Assembly: GCA_965237765.1 (NCBI GenBank)
Contig: OZ250157.1
Coordinates: 1,295,508 to 1,359,507, forward strand
DNA: 64,000 nucleotides
Reading direction: 5' to 3'
From: Phototrophicaceae bacterium
GTDB taxonomy: Bacteria; Chloroflexota; Anaerolineae; Aggregatilineales; Phototrophicaceae
Every line of letters starts with the position of its first letter. Positions within the stretch are counted from its first letter, which is position 1. The position numbers and the translations under genes are program-made. Under the pieces are notes generated by a model. That model had not been told where the DNA came from. It worked only from the letters and a program-made list of their open reading frames with translations, and did no database searches. Shown piece after piece: positions 25,466 through 34,353 of this stretch.

Positions 25466-26390
25466 GAGCGCGCCACGAAGGGCGCGGCGCGTGCGCCCGG
25501 TCGTCCAGACGCTGACCGTTCCCCACACGCAGAATCAGTGGTTCTTCATCCGCCGGCAATTGCAGCGAGACAAGGCGGCGCTGGCGGGCGGCGCGTTGCT
25601 CCTGGTGATCATCGCGCTGACTTCGCTGGCGGCTCTCGTCGCCCCTTATGACCCGCTGGAGCAAAGCACGGATAGCGCGGACCTGCTCACACCGCCCAGC
25701 GCGCAGCATTGGATGGGCACCGACGATTTGCGGCGCGATGTTCTATCGCGCGTGCTGCATGGCGGACGGACGACCATCAGCGTCGGCGTCATCTCCATCA
25801 GCGCGGCGGTCAGCGTCGGCTTGGTGCTGGGCTTGGTGTCCGGATATTTCGGCGGCTATGTCGATGATGTCATCAGCCGCCTCCTCGATGTCCTGTTGAC
25901 GTTACCGGCGATCCTGTTGGCCATCGTCGTGATAACCATCCTCGGCGCAGGGCTGCAGAACGCGATGTTGGCCGTCGGCATCGCCAGCATGCCGGCCTTC
26001 GCGCGCCTGGTGCGCGGGGACACGCTGGTCGAGAAGAACAAGACCTATGTCGAAGGCTCGCGCGCGATGGGCGCCTCACACTGGCACATCATGTGGCAGC
26101 ATATTCTGCCGAACGTGCTCTCGTCGGTGATCGTCGTCAGCACCCTGCGCGTCGCCAGCGCCATACAGATCGCCGCCGGGCTCAGCTTCCTCGGGCTTGG
26201 CGCGCAGATTCCCCACCCCGAATGGGGGGCGATGCTCAGCCTGGGCCGCAATTACATGCGCTCCGGCCAATGGTGGATGACCGTCTTCCCCGGCCTGGCG
26301 ATTTTCATCACCGTGATGTGCATCAATTTGCTCGGGGATGGGCTGCGAGACGCCCTGGACCCGCGCTTGCGAGGGACGGATGGCGCATAG
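25458..26390 (+). CDS. ABC transporter permease (DppC/OppC-like)
   Basis: HWMGTDDLRRDVLSRVLHGGR and the YVEGSRAMGAS loop. Overlaps the upstream permease by 8 nt. Confidence 0.9.
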   Translation: MPESAPRRARRVRPVVQTLTVPHTQNQWFFIRRQLQRDKAALAGGALLLVIIALTSLAALVAPYDPLEQSTDSADLLTPPSAQHWMGTDDLRRDVLSRVLHGGRTTISVGVISISAAVSVGLVLGLVSGYFGGYVDDVISRLLDVLLTLPAILLAIVVITILGAGLQNAMLAVGIASMPAFARLVRGDTLVEKNKTYVEGSRAMGASHWHIMWQHILPNVLSSVIVVSTLRVASAIQIAAGLSFLGLGAQIPHPEWGAMLSLGRNYMRSGQWWMTVFPGLAIFITVMCINLLGDGLRDALDPRLRGTDGA

Positions 26391-26416
26391 GATGCGGGCT
26401 GCATGAGAGGCGGGGT

Positions 26417-27448
26417 ATGAAATTCATCTTTGGCGCCAAGCCGAAAGCGCCCATCACCAACTTCACGCGGCTCGTGCAGCTGGGCGAAAGCCTCGGCTAT
26501 GACGCCGCTTGGATCCCCGATCAGACCTTCTTCCCGGACCCTTTCGTGACGCTGGCCGTCGTCGCCAGCCAGACCGAGCGCATCGAGCTGGTCATTGGCG
26601 TCGCCAATCCTTATACGCGCCACCCTGTGCAGGTCGCCCGCGCGGCCGCCACCCTGGATGATCATTGCCCCGGCCGGGTCGCCCTCGGTTATGGCGCCGG
26701 CAACCGGCGCGAGCTGATCGTACCGCTCGGCGGCGAGCAGGAGCAGGCGGCCGCCCACTGTCGCGAGGCGCTGCAGCTGTGCCGTCGCTTGTTGCGCGGG
26801 GAATTCCTGCACCACCGCGGGGAGCACTTCATCGCCGATGGCGTCGAGCTGGAGATGGCGCCGCATCCGGATGTGCCGCTCTATCTGGCGGCGCGCGGCC
26901 CGCTGGTCTTGCAGGTGGCCGGCGAGCTTGCCGACTGCGCGGTGATCGGCGCGTTATTGGATGAGGGGGCGCTCGCTTGGTCGCTGGAACAGGTCGCCAT
27001 CGGGGCGCAAAAGAGCGGCCGCAACCTGGAAGAAATCGGGCGGATGATCTGGATCACCTGCCACATCACCGAGGACGCGCCGCAGTCTTACGGCCGCAAA
27101 GGGACGGCACGCGCCTGGCTGGATCATTGCCGCCCTTCGGCCGCGCATATCCTGGCCGGGGCGCCGCCCGCCGTCTTTGAAGCGTTGCGCTTGACGGATC
27201 GCTTTCGCGATGAATTGAAAGCAGTTTATGGGGAGCGCGGCAGCGATGGGGCCGCCTCGCTCGTCTCCGATGATCTGGTGCAGCGCTTGATGGCGATCGG
27301 CCGCCCGGAGGAGGTCGCGGCGCAGCTGCAGGCGGCAATCGATACGGGCATCAACGAGATCGGCATCCTCGTCAATGCGCCGACCGTCGCTGAATCCGAA
27401 GCGGCGATTCAACGCTTCGCCGATGAGGTGATGCCGCGCCTGTGCTAA
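26417..27448 (+). CDS. LLM-class flavin/F420-dependent oxidoreductase
   Basis: MKFIFG...LGYDAAWIPDQTFFPDPFV...IGVANPYTRHPV...GYGAGN. Paralog of 32132-33136. Start at ATG 26417, not the track's 26093. Confidence 0.85.
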   Translation: MKFIFGAKPKAPITNFTRLVQLGESLGYDAAWIPDQTFFPDPFVTLAVVASQTERIELVIGVANPYTRHPVQVARAAATLDDHCPGRVALGYGAGNRRELIVPLGGEQEQAAAHCREALQLCRRLLRGEFLHHRGEHFIADGVELEMAPHPDVPLYLAARGPLVLQVAGELADCAVIGALLDEGALAWSLEQVAIGAQKSGRNLEEIGRMIWITCHITEDAPQSYGRKGTARAWLDHCRPSAAHILAGAPPAVFEALRLTDRFRDELKAVYGERGSDGAASLVSDDLVQRLMAIGRPEEVAAQLQAAIDTGINEIGILVNAPTVAESEAAIQRFADEVMPRLC

Positions 27449-27491
27449 TCTCACCTGCGCGCGTGATCCCTCCCCGCCAGCCCCAACAGAA

Positions 27492-27525
27492 AGCCACCGC
27501 TCGCAATGAGCGGTGGCTCTTTTTC
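27492..27525. terminator. Bidirectional rho-independent terminator
   Basis: AGCCACCGCTC-GCAAT-GAGCGGTGGCT followed by CTTTTTC. It lies between convergent genes. Confidence 0.7.
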
Positions 27526-27544
27526 CTCTTCGAGCTTCTAGCTG

Positions 27545-28039
27545 TTACGGCGACGAAGTCGGCTCTGGCGAGAGAGTGCTCTCCCAAATACCCGCGCGAT
27601 TCGTTGCAGGCACCCCTCCTGAAGGTTTCGGCGGCTGGACAGGTTTTGGTGGATAGGGTATCGGAAAACCGCAGAGACGAAATTCTGGCTGCATTACAAC
27701 CGCGACCCAACTCGCCTCAGCAGGGGGAAGAAAATAGAAGAAATCCCAAAAAAGACCACCATTCTCCCAAGTAGCGCAGGGCGCGTCTGGGTAGGACTCC
27801 GCATATGCTGGATACGATCCTGGGCTATATTCAAATGGTGACATTGATTTCTCTGGGAAGAACAACGGTTGATCGACATGCGGCGGTGGCACTTGCCCAA
27901 GCGGGAATGAAGTCAGCGTCGGTGTCGCAAGCGGTGTGGAAGTACCAATGATAACCCCGAAAAGAACGTAACCAACCACCGATACAGCCATTACCGAGAA
28001 AAGCAAAAGCAGCAGGCCAACCTCTTTTTTGCCAAACAT
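27545..28039 (-). CDS. Membrane-anchored secreted protein, conserved Cys-containing C-terminal domain (paralog of 58196-58612)
   Basis: N-terminal TM segment and Pro-rich linker. Motifs shared with the paralog: YPAYAE.YPDAPCATW.NGGL and QPE.R.CGFP.PYP.KP. Confidence 0.55.
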   Translation of the reverse strand: MFGKKEVGLLLLLFSVMAVSVVGYVLFGVIIGTSTPLATPTLTSFPLGQVPPPHVDQPLFFPEKSMSPFEYSPGSYPAYAESYPDAPCATWENGGLFWDFFYFLPPAEASWVAVVMQPEFRLCGFPIPYPPKPVQPPKPSGGVPATNRAGIWESTLSPEPTSSP

Positions 28040-28051
28040 GGATACCCTTTC

Positions 28052-28309
28052 TTATGGGCTACAGTTTGAACTGAGGCATGGTTTATAAGCTGCATGGCCA
28101 CAAGGAGACTGATCGTAACACCAACATGTCCAGTATCCGCTTCCGGTTTCATAGTTCGTCGTAACAAAAACCAGAGTACAACGAATGGCGCTACCACCAG
28201 GACCGCCTGGATCAAGCGCTTTTGTCTTCACTTGCGCGAAAACCACTGCTGCTGAAATCGCAGACAGCAACAACACAACCACCAACAATCCCAAAGCTAA
28301 ACGCTTCAT
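28052..28309 (-). CDS. Small secreted Cys-rich peptide (about 85-aa precursor)
   Basis: Signal peptide MKRLALGLLVVVLLLSAISAAVVFAQ, then 6 Cys (IRCT...YWTCWCYDQSPCG...PCLSSNC). GGGAGG lies 7 nt upstream of ATG 28309. Confidence 0.5.
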   Translation of the reverse strand: MKRLALGLLVVVLLLSAISAAVVFAQVKTKALDPGGPGGSAIRCTLVFVTTNYETGSGYWTCWCYDQSPCGHAAYKPCLSSNCSP

Positions 28310-28382
28310 GAGAAACCTCCCTTTCATTGATGCCCACACTATTATATCGTGGATGTACTGAACGATAACTCATTGGTATTGA

Positions 28383-28415
28383 GCCGCCGAAGTAAAATAC
28401 AGCGAAATCGGCGGC
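28383..28415 (-). terminator. Stem-loop downstream of the M24 peptidase gene
   Basis: GCCGCCGA (28383-28390) pairs with TCGGCGGC (28408-28415). Weak T-tract context. Confidence 0.3.
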
Positions 28416-28462
28416 ATATTAGGGCTTTTTTGAAATGAGCGGCGCGCTCCCCTCGCGCGGCT

Positions 28463-29557
28463 CTAATCCACGATGCGCAACTCACGCGGGAAGTGATTCA
28501 GCCTTTCGGCGCCGGTCGCGGTCACGGCGACGATGTCCTCAATCCGCACGCCATATTTACCCGCCAGGTAGATGCCCGGCTCGATGCTGAAGGTCATCCC
28601 TTCTTCCAGGACGGTCGTATCCCCCTGCACGAGGTAGGGGTATTCGTGGCCATCGAGGCCGATGCCGTGGCCGGTGCGGTGCAGGAAGGCGGGCCCGTAG
28701 TCCTGCGCGGTGATGTAATCGCGCGCGACGGAATCGATCTGCGCGGTCGTCACCCCGGGGCGGACCGCTTCGAAGGCGAGTTGCTGGGCTTCCTGGGTGA
28801 TCTGGTAGATGCGGCGGAACTCAGGAGGCGGCTCGCCGACATGGAAGCTGCGCGTGATGTCGGAACGGTAGCCGCGCCAGCCGCCGCCAAAATCGATGAC
28901 GATGGCATCACCTTTGGCCAGGCGCCGCTCACTCGTCTTGTGGTGCGGCGAAGCGCTATTCGGCCCCGCGCCGACGATGCCACCGCCGCTCAGCTCCAAC
29001 CCGCGCTCCGCCAGGCCGCGGTGCAGGAAGCGGAGCACTTCCAGCTCCGTTTTGCCGACGATGGGCTGGGATAGCAGGGAGGCGAGCGCGTCTTCGGTCT
29101 TCGCCGCGGCATCGCGCAGGGCATCGATTTCAGAGGCGGTCTTGACCATACGGATGCGGGCCAGGACGTGGTTGCCTTCCAGCCAGCTGGCGCCAGCCAG
29201 GGCGGCCTGCAGGCGCAGGGTGAAGACGGTGTGCAATTGGTCGGCGATGGCGATCGTTTGCCCCGCGCCAGCGCCGACGACTTCGCGGACTTTCGCCACC
29301 GGGTCTTCGGTTTCTTCCCAGCCGATCAGGTCAAAGAAGCTCGCATAGGGCTGGAAGACGGGGATTTCGAAGGCGGGGACGACCATCTTCGCGCGCCCTT
29401 CGCGCGGCAGCAGGAAGAGCGCCAACCGTTCGCTGGGCCGTTTGGTGAAGCCGATGAGGTAGAGCAAGTCGGTGGAATGCGAGGCAAAGAGCCAGTCGCA
29501 ACCCGCCGCCGCCAGCGCGCCCTGGGCGCGCGCGCAACGTTCCGCATATTCGTTCAT
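28463..29557 (-). CDS. M24 family metallopeptidase (Xaa-Pro aminopeptidase/dipeptidase-like)
   Basis: DFGGGWRGYRSDITR, HRTGHGIGLDGHEYP and SIEPGIY metal-ligand motifs. Confidence 0.85.
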   Translation of the reverse strand: MNEYAERCARAQGALAAAGCDWLFASHSTDLLYLIGFTKRPSERLALFLLPREGRAKMVVPAFEIPVFQPYASFFDLIGWEETEDPVAKVREVVGAGAGQTIAIADQLHTVFTLRLQAALAGASWLEGNHVLARIRMVKTASEIDALRDAAAKTEDALASLLSQPIVGKTELEVLRFLHRGLAERGLELSGGGIVGAGPNSASPHHKTSERRLAKGDAIVIDFGGGWRGYRSDITRSFHVGEPPPEFRRIYQITQEAQQLAFEAVRPGVTTAQIDSVARDYITAQDYGPAFLHRTGHGIGLDGHEYPYLVQGDTTVLEEGMTFSIEPGIYLAGKYGVRIEDIVAVTATGAERLNHFPRELRIVD

Positions 29558-30765
29558 CAGAATTCAGCGATGTACAGCTCTTTGGGGAAAAGGCTGAGGA
29601 TTTCGCAGCCGTCTTGGGTAACCAGGAGGATATCCTCCAGCGCGAAATTGCCGATGACGTGCTCCGGCCGGTCCCAGTAGATCGGCTCGACGGTGAGCAC
29701 CATATTGGGCTGGATGACCAGGTTGCTGCCTTTGGCGAGCGAGGGCGGCTCGTGGACATCGAGGCCCAGCCCGTGGCCGACGCGTTCCAGGCCGGGGACG
29801 TGTTCTTTCATGCCATGTTCCATGAGTACGTTGTAGCAAGCGGCGAAGATCTCGTGCGCGGTGGCGCCCGGCTTGACGGCAGCGACGCCGGCCTTTTGCG
29901 CGGCGAGGTTGGCATCGAAGAAGCGGCGCTGCTCGGCGCTCGGCTCACCCATGGAGGCCATGCGCATGTAATCCGACCAGTAGTAGTGGTAATTGGCGCC
30001 AGCATCGACGACGATCAGCTCGCCGGGCTGGATCGCGCGTTCGAAGGGCTCGACGTTTACCATGCCGTATTTCTCCACGCCAGAGCGCACCATGATGAAG
30101 CCGGGCATCTCGCCAGTTTGCAGGACCATCTCGGAGAGGAGCAGGCTGCCCAGTTCGCGCTCGGTCATGCCGGGGCGTAGCTCGGCGAAAGCGCGTTCGT
30201 AGGCGCGCGTCGTCGCATCGGCGGCTTTGCGGAGCTTCTCGACTTCGCGCGGTGATTTGATCATGCGCAGTTCCCACATCAGCGGGCCGACATCGACGAA
30301 GGTGGCCTTGCTGAAACGGCCGGTCAGGTCCTGTAAATCCGCCTGCGACATGGCGATGCGCTGCCCATAACCCAGCTCGAGGCCAATCGTGCCATCCGCC
30401 ACGCCGAGCTGTTCGCAGGCATCGTAAATTGCCGTCAGCGGGTCGGGCGCGGCGTCGGCAATGCGCCAGCCGCCCCAGGGGCGCACCTCTTCGATCCATG
30501 AGGATTCATAAGCGACATCGAAAAGGCTTTCGGCGACGACGCTGATGACGGGCTTGCTGTTGTCCTGCGGCACGATGATGCCCAGCGGGCGATGCTTCGA
30601 ATTCCAGCCGATGGTGCGGATGCCGGAGAAATAGATGCCATTTTCTTTGGCGGTGAGGATGATGACGTCGATGCCGCGCGCGGCCATCCGTTCGCGCGCG
30701 CGTTCGACGCGGCTCAGGTATTCCTCGGTCGGAAACATGGCGTAGTTGGGTTCACGGTGAGACAT
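29557..30765 (-). CDS. M24 family metallopeptidase (creatinase/prolidase-like)
   Basis: VDAGANYHYYWSDYMR, GHGLGLDVHEPP and TVEPIYW. 1-nt stop/start overlap with the downstream M24 gene. Confidence 0.85.
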   Translation of the reverse strand: MSHREPNYAMFPTEEYLSRVERARERMAARGIDVIILTAKENGIYFSGIRTIGWNSKHRPLGIIVPQDNSKPVISVVAESLFDVAYESSWIEEVRPWGGWRIADAAPDPLTAIYDACEQLGVADGTIGLELGYGQRIAMSQADLQDLTGRFSKATFVDVGPLMWELRMIKSPREVEKLRKAADATTRAYERAFAELRPGMTERELGSLLLSEMVLQTGEMPGFIMVRSGVEKYGMVNVEPFERAIQPGELIVVDAGANYHYYWSDYMRMASMGEPSAEQRRFFDANLAAQKAGVAAVKPGATAHEIFAACYNVLMEHGMKEHVPGLERVGHGLGLDVHEPPSLAKGSNLVIQPNMVLTVEPIYWDRPEHVIGNFALEDILLVTQDGCEILSLFPKELYIAEF

Positions 30766-30795
30766 GCAAAATCTCCTCTCTTTTTTCCGAACGAA

Positions 30796-32106
30796 TCAAA
30801 CGGGAGCGAACTTCGGGTGGTAGCGCTGCCGAAAGCGCCAGCCGGTGAGCAGCGCCCGCACGAACATCTGCAGGAACATCGCCGACCAGACGCCCATCAG
30901 CCCCCAACCCAGGACGCCCGTGAACAGGACGATCAGCGGCAAGGAGACAAGCCAATGGCCAAAAATCGTCACCCGCATCGGGTAGCGTGTATCGCCCGCG
31001 CCGCGCAGCGCGCCAGTCAACACTTGGTTGATGGCCTCCAGCGGCACCGCGAGCAGCACCAGGCGCAGACCCGGCAGGGCCGCCGCCCGCACCACTTCAT
31101 CGCTAGAGAATAGACGAGTTACGCCCGGCCATGCAAAGAAGAGCAGCGCCAAACCGCCCATCACGAACCAGGCCTGGAGCTGCAATTGCGAAGCGCTGCT
31201 GTAGATCTGTTCGGTCTGGTCAGCGCCGGTCAGCTGGCCGATGATGGTGAGCGAGGCCAGCAAGAAACCCAGCCCCAGCATCAGGATGATGGAGAGGGTG
31301 TGGGAAGTTACGGCATAGGCGGCCAGGGCGGCCACACCGAGCTCGGTAACTAGGCGCAGCTGCAGCAGGCGGGCGCCGCGAATCGCCAGTTGTTCCAGGC
31401 CGACGGGCGTACCCAGGCGCAGCAGCCCTTGCATCGCGCGCCAGGAGGTCTGCCAGCCACGCCAGCGCAACGCGGCCGTGCCGCGCCAGAGCCAGAATCC
31501 CAGCAAGAGTAGACCGGCGACGCGGCTGACGAAATTGGCGAGCGCAAGACCCAGCAGGCCGACATCCAGCGCGAAGACCAGCAGCAGGGCCAGGGCGACG
31601 TGCAGGCCATTGGCCAATCCCATCACCATCAGCGGTCGACGCGCATCACCCGCGCCGCGCAGGCAGCCGTTGGCGCTCAAGAGCAGGAATTGCAGCGGCA
31701 AGGCGAGCGATAACGCGCGCATATAGGGGGTGCCCAGCTGCGCGACTGAACTCGAGACACCCATCAGAGCCATGAGCTGCGGGCTGAATGCCCAGACCAG
31801 CAGCATCACCCCGAAGCCGACGGCCAGGGAGAGCAGCGAGGCGCTGCGCAGGGTGAGCTCCGCGTCCTCCTCGTCGCCGCGGCCGATAGACTGGGCCACC
31901 AAGATCGAGCCGCCGATCGCGGTGATCTGGAAGAGCACTGCGGTCATCTGGACCAGGCGGGCGACGACGATCTGAGCGGCGAGCGGATCGACGCCCAATT
32001 GCCCCGCCAATACCGCATCGAAGAGGATGACGCCGTAAAGCAGCGTCTGCTCCACGGCCATCTGCAACGCGAGCGGTAGGGTCTTTCGGTGGCAGGCGAT
32101 CACCAA
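30796..32106 (-). CDS. MATE family efflux transporter
   Basis: 436 aa and about 12 hydrophobic segments. Typical GCLRGAGDARRPL / GALRGAGDTRYPM duplicated motifs. Confidence 0.85.
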   Translation of the reverse strand: MVIACHRKTLPLALQMAVEQTLLYGVILFDAVLAGQLGVDPLAAQIVVARLVQMTAVLFQITAIGGSILVAQSIGRGDEEDAELTLRSASLLSLAVGFGVMLLVWAFSPQLMALMGVSSSVAQLGTPYMRALSLALPLQFLLLSANGCLRGAGDARRPLMVMGLANGLHVALALLLVFALDVGLLGLALANFVSRVAGLLLLGFWLWRGTAALRWRGWQTSWRAMQGLLRLGTPVGLEQLAIRGARLLQLRLVTELGVAALAAYAVTSHTLSIILMLGLGFLLASLTIIGQLTGADQTEQIYSSASQLQLQAWFVMGGLALLFFAWPGVTRLFSSDEVVRAAALPGLRLVLLAVPLEAINQVLTGALRGAGDTRYPMRVTIFGHWLVSLPLIVLFTGVLGWGLMGVWSAMFLQMFVRALLTGWRFRQRYHPKFAPV

Positions 32107-32131
32107 TCCGCGCTAGCGGAAATGCGCCGCA

Positions 32132-33136
32132 TTAACTGAAATGCGGCATCACGTCGCGGGCGATCCGCTCCAGCACGCGGCAATTGCTACCGGCATCTGC
32201 GCCGGTGAGCAAAATGCCGATCTGCCCGACGCCGCGCGCCGCCAGCCGTTCGCAAGTTTCGCGCACCCGCGCGGCGTTGCCCACGATGGTGAGCATATTG
32301 ATCTCACGCCGGGTAACCAGGGGTGCTGCGCCGGCCGGGCCGCCCTGGGCGTAGGCGCGTTTCAGGGCGTCGATCGTCCCTTCTTCCATGCCGATAGCCC
32401 GCAACAGTGATAAGGGCGCGCCGCCGATGATGTGCGCCACGCTGGGTTTGAGGCGCTCGTGGGCGGCCTCCTCGTCATCCTCCACACGGCAGGTTACCCA
32501 GCTGACGATTTCTAGCTCGCTCAGATTACGGCTCGAGCGAGCAGCGCCGCGTTCCAGCGCCGAAAAGGCGTAATCCAATCCGGCTTCGGAGACGAGTGCG
32601 CCGATGGCCGCGCCATCAGCCAGCTCGCCTGCCACTTCCAGCATGCGGGCGCCGCGGGCGGCAATGTAGATCGGGATGGCCGCGCGCTCCGGTTGCCAGG
32701 AAAGCTGCAGGTCCCTGGCGGTTACGTAGCTGGATTCATGTTGCAAGGTCTCCCCCTGCAGCAAGGCGCGCACCAGGGTCAGCATCTCCCGCGTGCGCGC
32801 CGCCGCGGCGTCCTGCTCGTAACCCATGGGCAGCAGTAGTTCGCGCCGATTGCCGCTGCCGATGCCCAGGTGGGCGCGGCCGCCGCTGATCTCGTCCACC
32901 GTCGCGATGGCGCGGGCGACCTGGGCCGGGTGGCGCGTATAGGGGTTGGTCACGCCGATCATGAGCTGGATGTTTTCAGTCGCCTGCGCCCAGTGGGCCA
33001 TCACCAGGAAAGGATCACGGAAGAAGGTCTGGTCCGGGATCCAGGCCATCTCGTAACCCAGCTGCTCGCCCCATTGGACGACGCGCAGGCCTTCCGAGAG
33101 CGGTTGGGTGGGTACGAAACCAAAGCCGAAGCGCAT
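32132..33136 (-). CDS. LLM-class flavin/F420-dependent oxidoreductase
   Basis: MRFGFGFVP...LGYEMAWIPDQTFFRDPF...IGVTNPYTRHPA...GIGSGN. Confidence 0.85.
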   Translation of the reverse strand: MRFGFGFVPTQPLSEGLRVVQWGEQLGYEMAWIPDQTFFRDPFLVMAHWAQATENIQLMIGVTNPYTRHPAQVARAIATVDEISGGRAHLGIGSGNRRELLLPMGYEQDAAAARTREMLTLVRALLQGETLQHESSYVTARDLQLSWQPERAAIPIYIAARGARMLEVAGELADGAAIGALVSEAGLDYAFSALERGAARSSRNLSELEIVSWVTCRVEDDEEAAHERLKPSVAHIIGGAPLSLLRAIGMEEGTIDALKRAYAQGGPAGAAPLVTRREINMLTIVGNAARVRETCERLAARGVGQIGILLTGADAGSNCRVLERIARDVMPHFS

Positions 33137-33173
33137 CTATACCTACTCCTTTGTGGGATTAATCCGGACGGAC

Positions 33174-34304
33174 TCAGTCCGGGTGAACTTCGAAGGAATC
33201 GATCTGGTAGCGGGCGACCTGGTCGGGGTCCAGATCACCACCGAGGCCGGGGCCCTGCGGCACGACCAGCGCGCCATCCTCGAAGGGGACGGGCTCCGCG
33301 CTCAAGTCGGCTTCGAGCAGGAATTGGCCGCCCATCTCGCAGCCCCAGGTCACGTTCGGTGTGGAGGCGGCGAAATGCAGGCAGGCGCGCGTGGCGATGG
33401 CCCCTTCGAGGGCGCCGCCGACGTAGCAACCGATGCCGGCCGGCTCGGCGACGATGGCCATCTTCTTGGCGTTGATGATGCCGCCACCGTTGTTGATGTA
33501 GACGCTGATGAGGTCGCAGGCGCGCTTCTTGGCGAGCTCCAGGACGTCGCGCGGGGAATTGGCGCTCTCGTCGGCCATGATGTAGGTGTTGGTGGCGCGG
33601 CGCACCTCGGCCATGCCGTCCAGATCCCAGACCTTCACCGGTTGCTCCATGAAATCCAGGCCGCTTTCGGCGAGGGAGTTGATGACGTAGATGGCTGTAT
33701 TGACATCCCAGGCCTGGTTGGCGTCGGCGCGCAGGCTGACCTCGTCGCCGGCGACGGCGCGGACGCGGCGCGTGCGCTCGATGTCGTGGTCGGGGTCTTC
33801 GTGGCCGGTCTTCATTTTGAGGATGCGGACGCCGCGGGAGATGGCCATTTCGGCATCTTCTGCGGCATGGTCGTGGTCGGTGATGGGGATGGACCAGCTG
33901 AGCGGGATGCGGTCGCGCACGATGCCACCGAGCAGGTTGTAGACTGGCGTATTCAGGGCCTTGCCGACGATGTCATAAAGGGCGATGTTGATGGCGCTCT
34001 TGGCGCGCGGGTTCCAGGGCAGGGCGCGCTCCATATCCAGCTGGCGCGCTTCGATCTCGCGCGGGTCTTTGCCGAAAACGGCGGGCAGCAGGCGCTCGCG
34101 CAGCTGGAGGGCGACGGTCGCTTGCGTCTCCCCCGCGCCGGAAAAGCCCGCCATATGTGGTGCCTCGCCCAGCCCTACGATCCCCTCGTCAGTATGCAGG
34201 CGCAGGTAGACGCATTCTTGATGGCGCGTCGTGGCGAAGGACATGCGGTGCGAGCGCACGGTCGGCACTTTGGTCAGAATCAGTTCGGCATGCGTAATTT
34301 TCAT
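33174..34304 (-). CDS. Enolase superfamily enzyme (mandelate racemase / muconate cycloisomerase family)
   Basis: ILKMKTG (KxK), RADANQAWD, FMEQP and MADES metal-ligand pattern. Confidence 0.85.
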   Translation of the reverse strand: MKITHAELILTKVPTVRSHRMSFATTRHQECVYLRLHTDEGIVGLGEAPHMAGFSGAGETQATVALQLRERLLPAVFGKDPREIEARQLDMERALPWNPRAKSAINIALYDIVGKALNTPVYNLLGGIVRDRIPLSWSIPITDHDHAAEDAEMAISRGVRILKMKTGHEDPDHDIERTRRVRAVAGDEVSLRADANQAWDVNTAIYVINSLAESGLDFMEQPVKVWDLDGMAEVRRATNTYIMADESANSPRDVLELAKKRACDLISVYINNGGGIINAKKMAIVAEPAGIGCYVGGALEGAIATRACLHFAASTPNVTWGCEMGGQFLLEADLSAEPVPFEDGALVVPQGPGLGGDLDPDQVARYQIDSFEVHPD

Positions 34305-34353
34305 GGAGCTCCCTTTCTTGCGAAGTTACCTATTACTTCGCCAGTCTTCCAGA

